Positions 56,484-64,000 of a stretch of DNA of 64,000 nt are shown here, piece by piece. Positions within the stretch are counted from its first letter, which is position 1; each line of letters begins with the position of its first letter. The notes beneath the pieces are model-generated. The model was not told where the DNA came from. It saw only the letters and a list, made by a program, of their open reading frames with translations, and did not search any database. A program made the position numbers and the translations under genes. Origin of the DNA: an uncultured Pseudomonadota bacterium (GTDB taxonomy: Bacteria > Pseudomonadota > Gammaproteobacteria > Burkholderiales > Casimicrobiaceae); the NCBI GenBank assembly GCA_963816415.1, contig CAWFKR010000014.1, forward strand, positions 102,996-166,995, given 5' to 3'.

Positions 56484-57196
56484 TGGCGACGCGCGAGGAC
56501 GTCCTGCGCGAGCTCGGTCTCACGCCGCAATGGCGGTTGCGACGCGTGTCCGGGGCGGGTGGGGCCGTTGCCCCCGAGGTCGCGCCCGCGAACGATGCCG
56601 AGGCGAGGCGGGCGCGCATCGCCATGCTCGATCGTGACGCGCTGGTCGCCGACATCGCCGGCTGCACCGCCTGCGCGCTCTGCAAGACGCGTCGCAACAC
56701 GGTCCCGGGCGTCGGCGACCCCCGGGCCCGGTGGCTCTTCGTCGGGGAAGCGCCTGGCGCCGAGGAGGACGCGCAGGGCGAGCCTTTCGTCGGCCAGGCC
56801 GGACGTCTGCTCGACAACATGCTCGATGCGCTCGGTCTTGCGCGCACCCGCGACGTCTACATCGCCAACGTGCTCAAGTGTCGGCCGCCGAACAACCGCA
56901 CGCCGGAGCCGCTCGAGGTCGAGGCGTGCCTGCCGTACCTCAATCGCCAGATCGAGCTGATCGGCCCGAGGCTGATCGTCGCACTCGGCAAGAGCGCGGC
57001 CTCGGCCCTGTTGGAGAGCGACGCCTCGGTGGCGAGCATGCGCAACCGCGTCCATCGCTACCGCGACACCCCGCTGATCGTGACCTACCATCCGGCTTAT
57101 CTGCTGCGCACGCCGGCCGACAAGGCAAAGGCGTGGGAAGACCTGCTGTTCGCGCGGCGAACGCTGCGCGAGGTGCTCGCGGCATCGGGCGCATGA
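56483..57196 (+). CDS. Uracil-DNA glycosylase family 4
   Basis: C..C.LC, GEAPG..ED.QGEPFVG.AG.LL, NVLKCRPP.NR, TYHPAYLLR. Confidence 0.95.
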   Translation: MATREDVLRELGLTPQWRLRRVSGAGGAVAPEVAPANDAEARRARIAMLDRDALVADIAGCTACALCKTRRNTVPGVGDPRARWLFVGEAPGAEEDAQGEPFVGQAGRLLDNMLDALGLARTRDVYIANVLKCRPPNNRTPEPLEVEACLPYLNRQIELIGPRLIVALGKSAASALLESDASVASMRNRVHRYRDTPLIVTYHPAYLLRTPADKAKAWEDLLFARRTLREVLAASGA

Positions 57197-57344
57197 TCCG
57201 GCGCCGGCCGATGCGCCCACCTTGCCGCTTCGTGCGCGTTCCGCCTGGCAGCGCCCGTGGCCACCCCCTTGCGAAGGGGGCGCCGAGGCCGCATATTCCG
57301 CCCGGCGGGGCACCGGTCCCGGAACCTTGACTCGGAGGAGCAAC

Positions 57345-58010
57345 ATGTTGCGCAAGCTGGGTATCGTTCTTGCCGCCGTGATGACCCTGGCGTTGAGCGG
57401 CTGTGGTTACAACCAACTGCAGCAGCAGGACGAAGGCATCAAGGCGGCGTGGTCCGAGGTGCTGAACCAGTACCAGCGACGCGCGGACCTCGTGCCGAAT
57501 CTCGTCAACACGGTCAAGGGTTACGCGGCTCAGGAGCAGCAGGTGCTGACCGAGGTGACCAACGCCCGCGCGAGCGTTGGCTCGATCAAGGCGACGCCGG
57601 AGCTGATCAACGATCCGGAAGCTTTCCAGAAATTCATCCAGGCGCAGAACCAGTTGCAGGGCGCCCTGTCACGGCTGATGGCCGTTTCCGAGAACTACCC
57701 GCAGCTCAAGTCCGATGCGCTGTTCCGCGACCTGCAATCGCAGCTCGAGGGAACCGAGAACCGCATCGCGGTGGCGCGCAACCGCTACATCAAGGCAGTC
57801 CAGGAGTACAACACGACCGTGCGGCAGTTCCCGACGAACCTGACCGCGATGATCTTCAAGATGGGCGTCAAGCCCAACTTCGCGGTCGCCGACGAGGCCG
57901 CGGTCAGCACGCCACCCAAGGTCGATTTCGGCAAGCCTGCGCCTGCCGTACCGGCTCCCGCCGCACCTGCGCTGCCGGCCCCGGCACCTGCCGCGCCCGC
58001 GACCAAGTGA
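57345..58010 (+). CDS. lemA: LemA family lipoprotein
   Basis: LSGCGYN, QYQRRADL.PNLV.TVKGY, ENYPQLK, EGTENRI.VAR.RY. Confidence 0.95.
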   Translation: MLRKLGIVLAAVMTLALSGCGYNQLQQQDEGIKAAWSEVLNQYQRRADLVPNLVNTVKGYAAQEQQVLTEVTNARASVGSIKATPELINDPEAFQKFIQAQNQLQGALSRLMAVSENYPQLKSDALFRDLQSQLEGTENRIAVARNRYIKAVQEYNTTVRQFPTNLTAMIFKMGVKPNFAVADEAAVSTPPKVDFGKPAPAVPAPAAPALPAPAPAAPATK

Positions 58011-58059
58011 GTCGGGTCTAGCGAGAACGACGCAGCCGCGCCGGTACGCGCGGCTGCCC

Positions 58060-59040
58060 GTGTCCCCGACGTTCCATTCCCTGCGAACCGTGACGCGACT
58101 TCGATCGTGGCGACCGACCGGCGCGGCCCATTGGGGCTTTGCCGCGATGCTGCTGGCGCTGCTGCTGTCGGTCTTCGCCACGACCGTTGCGGCGCAGTCC
58201 GAATGGAAGCCCGGCACCGACGGGCTCGCCCCGCTTCCGAAGCTCACTGCGCGGGTCACCGATCTCACGCAGACATTGTCGCCGGCCGAAGCGCAGGCGC
58301 TTGAAGCGAAGCTCGCCGGCTGGGAACAGCAAACCGGCAATCAGCTGGTCGTGGTGATCGTGCCGTCGACGGCACCTGAGACCATCGAAAGCTATTCGAT
58401 TCGCCTCGCCGACGCGTGGAAGATCGGGCACAAGGGCCAGGACAACGGCGCGATCTTCCTGATCGCCAAGAACGACCGGAAGATGCGCATCGAGGTCGGT
58501 TACGGCCTCGAAGGCGTATTGACCGACGTGACCTCGCATCGGATCATCACCGAGACCGTGGCGCCGCTGTTCCAGCAGGGCAGGTTCGCCCAGGGGATCG
58601 ATGCCGGCGTCGACCGGATCATCTCGGTCGTCGGCTCGGGCGCCCCGCTGGCCGCGAAGCGTGCGCCGGCACCGCCGTCGGGCGGCTTCGACTTCCAGAC
58701 CCTTCTGATCCTGCTGTTCGTCGTCGTGCCGGTGATCGGAGGCATCCTGTCGCGCATCTTCGGGCGCACGCTGGGGTCGACGATCGGTGGCGGCGTGATC
58801 GGCCTCGGTGCGTGGATTCTCGCCGGATCGATCGCGATCGCGATTGGGGCGGGCGTCGTCGCGTTGCTGGTCATGCTGCTGTTCGGCGCGGGCGGCGGCA
58901 TCGGCCGGCGGGGCGGCATGTGGATTCCCACCGGCGGCTTGGGGGGCGGAGGTTTCGGAGGTGGCGGTTTCGGTGGAGGCGGTGGCTTCTCGGGCGGGGG
59001 CGGCGGCTTCGGCGGCGGCGGTTCGTCGGGGAGCTGGTAG
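58060..59040 (+). CDS. TPM-domain (YgcG-like) protein with Gly-rich tail
   Basis: RVTD....L, IE.YS..LA..W.IG.KG.DNG, RIEVGYGLEG, GGG.SGGGG.FGGGGSSGSW; start may be downstream. Confidence 0.92.
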   Translation: MSPTFHSLRTVTRLRSWRPTGAAHWGFAAMLLALLLSVFATTVAAQSEWKPGTDGLAPLPKLTARVTDLTQTLSPAEAQALEAKLAGWEQQTGNQLVVVIVPSTAPETIESYSIRLADAWKIGHKGQDNGAIFLIAKNDRKMRIEVGYGLEGVLTDVTSHRIITETVAPLFQQGRFAQGIDAGVDRIISVVGSGAPLAAKRAPAPPSGGFDFQTLLILLFVVVPVIGGILSRIFGRTLGSTIGGGVIGLGAWILAGSIAIAIGAGVVALLVMLLFGAGGGIGRRGGMWIPTGGLGGGGFGGGGFGGGGGFSGGGGGFGGGGSSGSW

Positions 59041-59044
59041 CGCC

Positions 59045-59551
59045 ATGCCCGTCTCTCACGCGAAGCGCCTCTGGCGCCATCTCGTCACCGATCACCTGTC
59101 GGTGCGCCGCGCATTCCCCAAGGTCGCGCTCGACCGCATCGAGCAGGCGATCGCCGCCGGCGAGCGCTCGCATCGTGGCCAGGTCTGCTTCGCCGTCGAA
59201 GGCTCGCTGCATCCGCTGCACGTGCTGCGCAGGCTCACGCCGCGCGAGCGCGCGCTCGAGGTCTTCGGGCTGCTGCGAGTCTGGGACACCGAGGAGAATT
59301 CCGGCGTGCTGATCTACCTGCTGCTCGCCGACCGCGACGTCGAGATCGTCGCCGACCGCGGCATCGACCGTGCGGCCGGGGCGGCTGCGTGGCACTCGAT
59401 ATCGACGCACATGGAATCGGCGTTCGCCCGGGGCGAATTCGCCGACGGCGCCGCGCGCGGGATCGACGAGGTCTCCGCACTGCTCGCCCGGCATTTTCCC
59501 CGCACCGGCGCGGGGCCCAACGAGCTTCCGGACAGGCCGGTCGTCCTCTGA
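59045..59551 (+). CDS. TPM-domain protein
   Basis: H.G...F.VE, RA.EVF..L.VWDT.EN.GVLIY...AD..VEI.ADRG, NELPD. Confidence 0.9.
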   Translation: MPVSHAKRLWRHLVTDHLSVRRAFPKVALDRIEQAIAAGERSHRGQVCFAVEGSLHPLHVLRRLTPRERALEVFGLLRVWDTEENSGVLIYLLLADRDVEIVADRGIDRAAGAAAWHSISTHMESAFARGEFADGAARGIDEVSALLARHFPRTGAGPNELPDRPVVL

Positions 59552-59573
59552 CCGGCGGAGCGCCGGCCCGGCG

Positions 59574-60854
59574 TCAATGCCCGGCCGTTCCGCCGTGCTC
59601 GTCGCTGCCCACCAGGTGCATGGAGTCGTACTGGGCCTGGTTCATGCGGTGGCGCCACATCACGAGCAGCATCGTGCAGGTGACGAAGGTTCCGAACAGC
59701 ATCACCGCCGAGTCGATCGAGACCCCAGCGCGCACCATCAGCGCGTAGAGCCCGACCATGACGAGGATGCCGATGTTCTCGTTGAAGTTCTGCACCGCGA
59801 TCGAGTGGCCCGCACCCATCAGCACGTGGCCGCGGTGCTGCAGCAGGGCGTTCATCGGCACGACGAAGAACCCGGCGCAGGCGCCGATCGCGATCATCAG
59901 GACGACCGCCAGCGGAACGTAGCTGACGAAGATCATCACCATCACGACCACGCCCATCGCCGCGCCGAACGGCAGCACCCTGACCGAGCCCCGCAGCGTG
60001 ACGTACTTCGCGGCAAGCACTGCGCCCAGCGCGACGCCGATGGCGACGACGCCCTGCAGCATCGATGCCTGCGACAGGTCGAGCGACAGCGAGTGCGCGG
60101 CCCAGTCGATGACGATGAACTGCAGCGTCGCGCCGGCGCCCCAGAACAGCGTCGTCGTCGCGAGCGTGATCTGGCCCAGGCGGTCGCGCCACAGCAGGCC
60201 GACGCAGTGCGAGAACTCGCGCACCAGGTACAGCGGGTTCTTGCTGGGCACGCGGTGATCGACGCCGGTGTCGGGTATGAACCAGTTGATGATCGCGGCG
60301 ATCAGGTAGATGGTCATGATGACCGCCAGCGCCGCCTCGGGCGCCGTGTCGATCGGTAGATCGATGACCGGCATGTCGAAGCCCAGCAGCACTGTCGACA
60401 CGCGCGGCGTGATCAGGGCTCCGCCCAGCAGGACGCCGAGGATGATCGATCCGACCGTTGCGCCCTCGATCCAGCCGTTGGCGACCACGAGCTGCTGCGG
60501 CGGCAGCAGCTCGGTCAGGATGCCGTACTTGGCCGGTGAATAGGCGGCGGCCCCCAGGCCGACCAGCGCGTAGGCCAGCAGCGGGTGGACCGGAACGAGC
60601 ATCATCGCGCAGCCGACGATCTTGATCGCGTTGGTGATCAGCATCACCCGGCCCTTGGGCATCGAGTCCGCGAATGCGCCGACGAGCGGCGCCAGAACCA
60701 CGTAGGAGACGACGAAGCTCTGCTTGAGCGCAGGCGTCATCCACGGCGGCTCGTGCAGCTCGCGCAGCAGCGCGATCGCTGCGATCAGCAGCGCATTGTC
60801 GGCGAGCGACGAGAAGAACTGCGCCGCGATGATGGTGTAGAAGCCGCGTTTCAT
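59574..60854 (-). CDS. lplT: Lysophospholipid transporter LplT
   Basis: AQFFSSLADNAL, FADS.PKG.VM, YSPAKYGIL, NALLQHRG, SIAVQNFNEN. Confidence 0.94.
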   Translation of the reverse strand: MKRGFYTIIAAQFFSSLADNALLIAAIALLRELHEPPWMTPALKQSFVVSYVVLAPLVGAFADSMPKGRVMLITNAIKIVGCAMMLVPVHPLLAYALVGLGAAAYSPAKYGILTELLPPQQLVVANGWIEGATVGSIILGVLLGGALITPRVSTVLLGFDMPVIDLPIDTAPEAALAVIMTIYLIAAIINWFIPDTGVDHRVPSKNPLYLVREFSHCVGLLWRDRLGQITLATTTLFWGAGATLQFIVIDWAAHSLSLDLSQASMLQGVVAIGVALGAVLAAKYVTLRGSVRVLPFGAAMGVVVMVMIFVSYVPLAVVLMIAIGACAGFFVVPMNALLQHRGHVLMGAGHSIAVQNFNENIGILVMVGLYALMVRAGVSIDSAVMLFGTFVTCTMLLVMWRHRMNQAQYDSMHLVGSDEHGGTAGH

Positions 60855-60963
60855 GAACTCGCTGGAGCCGCACCCGATTCAAGCGGCGATTCCGTCACGT
60901 TCCGCGTCGGTCGATCGCGACGGGTTCCGGGGGCGGCGTCGGCGGGTCGGGTTTGCGTTCGAT

Positions 60964-60972
60964 TGTTATAAT
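60964..60972 (+). promoter_or_regulatory. Extended -10 element upstream of alr
   Basis: TG-T-TATAAT in the lplT/alr intergenic region. Confidence 0.55.
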
Positions 60973-61108
60973 GCAAACATTGCGCGGCCCGCGCTTTATA
61001 CCATGATTGTGAGGGCCGCCCCAATGGCGCAGCAACCATCGCGCTGCATTCGTCCTTCGCGGGCGGGGGCGCGCGCCGCAACCCATCACGCCACCGAACC
61101 GCATCCGC

Positions 61109-62215
61109 ATGGCCCGCCCGCTCGTTGCCCATGTCGACCTCGCGGCGCTGGCGTTCAACCTCGCCCGCGTCCGGCGCCTGGCGCCGGGCGCCGCCGTGCG
61201 CGCCGTCGTCAAGGCGAACGCCTACGGGCACGGACTCTCCCGGGTGCTGCCGGCACTCGCGGACGCCGACGGCCTCGCGCTGATCGAGCTCGACGCCGCC
61301 GTGGGCCTGCGCGATGCCGGGTTCCGGCGACCGATCCTGCTGCTCGAGGGATTCTTCGACGAGCGCGAGCTCGACGAGATCGCCTCGCGCTCGCTTTCGA
61401 TCGTCGTCCACGACCTCGAGCAGTTGCGCATGCTCGAACGCGCACGCCTTGCCGCGCCGCTCGAGACCTGGCTGAAGGTCAACACCGGGATGAATCGCCT
61501 GGGGCTGGCACCCCGGGACGTCGCGGACGCCTGTGCGCGACTGGAAGCGACGGGCATCGCCGCGCCGCTGCGCCTGATGACGCATTTCGCTGGCGCGGAC
61601 GAGGACGAAGGCATCGCGGAGCCGCGCGCGCGCTTCGACGACGCCTGCCGCGGATTGCCGTACGCCCGATCGCTCGCCAATTCGGCCGGGGTCGTCCGCT
61701 ATGGCGAAGTCGGTGGCGACATCGTGCGCCCGGGGATCATGCTCTACGGCGCGACGCCGTTCGCGCACCGCAGCGCTGCCGCGCTGGGCCTCGTGCCGGC
61801 AATGACGCTGCGCTCGCAGGTCATCGGCGTGCAGGCGCTCGCGGCCGGCGATCGCGTCGGCTACGGTTCGACGTTCGTCGCGCCGCAGCCGATGCGCATC
61901 GGCGTCGTCGCCTGCGGCTACGCCGACGGCTACCCGCGGCACGCGCCGAACGGGACGCCGGTGATCGTCGCAGGACGGCGTGTCGGACTCGCCGGCCGCG
62001 TGTCGATGGACATGCTGACCGTTGACCTCTCCGATGTTCCGCAGGCCGGCGTCGGCAGCGACGTCGTGCTGTGGGGCGAGGGCCTGCCGGTCGACGAAGT
62101 GGCCGCTGCCGCGGGCACCATCGGATACGAACTACTATGTGCGGTGGCGCCGCGCGTGGCCTTCGTCTGCGACCACGCTGCCGCGCCCGGGCGCAGCCCA
62201 CGATTCGAGGAGTGA
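61109..62215 (+). CDS. alr: Alanine racemase
   Basis: [11 protein letters not shown] (PLP Lys), [38 protein letters not shown]. Confidence 0.97.
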   Translation: MARPLVAHVDLAALAFNLARVRRLAPGAAVRAVVKANAYGHGLSRVLPALADADGLALIELDAAVGLRDAGFRRPILLLEGFFDERELDEIASRSLSIVVHDLEQLRMLERARLAAPLETWLKVNTGMNRLGLAPRDVADACARLEATGIAAPLRLMTHFAGADEDEGIAEPRARFDDACRGLPYARSLANSAGVVRYGEVGGDIVRPGIMLYGATPFAHRSAAALGLVPAMTLRSQVIGVQALAAGDRVGYGSTFVAPQPMRIGVVACGYADGYPRHAPNGTPVIVAGRRVGLAGRVSMDMLTVDLSDVPQAGVGSDVVLWGEGLPVDEVAAAAGTIGYELLCAVAPRVAFVCDHAAAPGRSPRFEE

Positions 62216-62217
62216 AC

Positions 62218-63225
62218 GTGTACATCGTCGTCACCGGCGCGGCCGGTTTCATCGGGTCCAATCTCGTCAAGGCCCTCAACGCCCAGGGCGAGACCGACAT
62301 CATCGCCGTCGACAACCTGACGCGCGCTGACAAGTTCCGCAATCTCGTCGACTGCGAGATCGCCGATTACGTCGACAAGGAGGAGTTCATCCTGCGCATC
62401 GCCAACGGCGATTTCGACGACGACATCGCCGCGGTGTTCCACCAGGGCGCGTGCTCGGACACGATGGAAGCCGACGGCCGGTACATGATGCGCAACAACT
62501 ACCGGTATTCGGTGAGCCTGCTCGAACACTGCCAGGACAACGACATCCCGTTCCTCTACGCATCCAGCGCATCGGTGTACGGTGCGGGGACCGTGTTCCG
62601 CGAGGAGCGTGCGCACGAGGCCCCGCTCAACGTCTACGGCTATTCGAAATTCCTGTTCGACCAGCACGTACGGCGAATCCTTCCCGAGCGCACGGCGCAG
62701 ATCGCGGGTTTCCGCTATTTCAACGTCTACGGCCCGCGCGAGCAGCACAAGGGGCGCATGGCTTCGGTGGCGTTGCATTTCTACGAGCAGTATCGCCGCG
62801 AAGGGCGCGTGCGGCTGTTCCAGGGGTCGGGCGGCTATCCCGACGGCGAGCAGCGGCGCGATTTCATCCACGTCGACGACGTCGTCGCCGTCAATCTCGA
62901 CTTCTGGCGGCACCCGGGTCGCTCGGGCATCTTCAACCTCGGGACCGGGCATGCCGCGCCGTTCAACGACGTCGCGGTCGCGACGATCAACGCCTGTCGC
63001 CGCGCCGCGGGCGATCCGCCGCGCACGCTCGCCGAACTCCATCAGGACGGCGTGATCGGGTACGTGCCGATGCCCGATGCGCTGGTCGGCAAGTACCAGA
63101 GCTTCACCCAGGCGGACATGACCCGGCTTCGCGCGTCCGGCTACGCGGCGCCGATGCTGACGGTCGACCACGGGGTCGCGCGCTACGTCGAAAGTCTGAT
63201 GTCGTCGTCGGAATCCGCTTCGTAA
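62218..63225 (+). CDS. hldD: ADP-L-glycero-D-manno-heptose 6-epimerase
   Basis: [62 protein letters not shown]. Confidence 0.96.
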   Translation: MYIVVTGAAGFIGSNLVKALNAQGETDIIAVDNLTRADKFRNLVDCEIADYVDKEEFILRIANGDFDDDIAAVFHQGACSDTMEADGRYMMRNNYRYSVSLLEHCQDNDIPFLYASSASVYGAGTVFREERAHEAPLNVYGYSKFLFDQHVRRILPERTAQIAGFRYFNVYGPREQHKGRMASVALHFYEQYRREGRVRLFQGSGGYPDGEQRRDFIHVDDVVAVNLDFWRHPGRSGIFNLGTGHAAPFNDVAVATINACRRAAGDPPRTLAELHQDGVIGYVPMPDALVGKYQSFTQADMTRLRASGYAAPMLTVDHGVARYVESLMSSSESAS

Positions 63226-63309
63226 GCTGGCGTTGCGTACGCGCCGTCGTGCCGGCCTTCGCGCCGGCGCGGTGCGACGACATCCGTCAACCTCCGAAGG
63301 AGTCCCGCC

Positions 63310-63633
63310 ATGAACCGTCTCGTTCCCGCGATCGCGTTCGCGCTGATCTCGCACGCCGCACTCGCCGCGGTCGATCTCAACACCGCCACCAAGGACGACC
63401 TCGTCGCGCTGTCGGGCATCGGCCCGGCGAAGGCGCAGGCCATCCTCGACTACCGCGCCGAGCACGGCGGCTTCAAGTCCGTCGACGAACTGAAGTCGGT
63501 GAAGGGCATCGGGGCCAAGCAGTTCGAGAAGCTGCGGCCCGAACTGGCGGTCGTCTCGGTGCCTGCCAAGGCGGCGACGCGCCAGGAGGCCAGGGCCGCT
63601 GCCGGCAAGGCAGATCCCAAGTCGAAGAAGTAG
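63310..63633 (+). CDS. comEA: ComEA-family helix-hairpin-helix DNA-binding protein
   Basis: Signal peptide, VDLNTA...L..L.GIGPAKA.AI..YR, F.SV.EL..VKGIG. Confidence 0.9.
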   Translation: MNRLVPAIAFALISHAALAAVDLNTATKDDLVALSGIGPAKAQAILDYRAEHGGFKSVDELKSVKGIGAKQFEKLRPELAVVSVPAKAATRQEARAAAGKADPKSKK

Positions 63634-63913
63634 GTCCCACCCGTCGGGCGGCGGGCGCCGGGCCGCGGGGCCCGGTACCGCCGGTCCGCCTGCCTTCGCG
63701 GCAGTCCTGGAGCATCCCGGGCCGCGATTCCTGCGGCGATCCTGCTCCCGGCCACCGAATGCCGTTTCGCGCACGCGCAGGCACCGTCTTGCGTATGATG
63801 GGTCAACGCCCTGCACCTTAGGCGCGTTTTAGTCGGAACCGGTGGCCGCTTTGCGGCAGGTCACCGGCCGACGCTGCGGCAATCCGCAGTCCCTACCCAT
63901 CACGGAGAACAAC

Positions 63914-64000
63914 ATGAAACGGCTCTTGCTGGCATTCGCGCTGCTGCTCGTTTCCAGCCTCGCGCTTGCCGCGGTCAACATCAACACCGCGACCAAGGAA
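63914..64000 (+). CDS. Second ComEA-family protein, 3' partial
   Basis: GGAGA RBS, MKRLLLAFALLLVSSLALAAVNINTATKE. Confidence 0.8.
   Translation, partial: MKRLLLAFALLLVSSLALAAVNINTATKE

Noticed and set aside
57345-59551. LemA-TPM-TPM operon as a new system
   Set aside because: A widely conserved, previously noted gene trio.

Overview
A 64 kb stretch of a high-GC bacterial chromosome. The gene content and order (trxA-rho-rpmE, rnfB-nth, obgE-proB, rppH, lplT-alr, hldD-comEA) point to a betaproteobacterium (inference). There are four zones. (1) 1-11.8 kb: the end of an ABC/oxidoreductase catabolic operon, pagL, and a DUF1611-hydrolase-MFS-two-component operon plus a cytochrome b gene. The last two units share an OmpR/PmrA-type tandem box promoter. 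(2) 11.9-26.3 kb: a low-oxygen gene cluster (CapA-family, acsA-pdhA-pdhB-E2-ACP, dienelactone hydrolase, nitroreductase, TraR/DksA, gshA, a PolX-derived HhH protein, class II RNR, Hsp20, BCAM0308-family) with three FNR-type boxes, each 21-22 nt upstream of a -10-like hexamer. (3) 26.5-45.8 kb and 53-64 kb: ordinary housekeeping genes. (4) About 45.8-52.8 kb: a lower-GC accessory island abutting the 3' end of tRNA-Ser(TGA). It has no integrase but contains a degenerate copy of the tRNA-end junction, three clear paralog pairs of small unknown proteins, an IPTL-CTERM protein and an orphan PEP-CTERM tail. No CRISPR array, rRNA or transposase was seen. Starts were refined by hand from RBS and motif context. 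Product calls come from motif recognition, not database searches.
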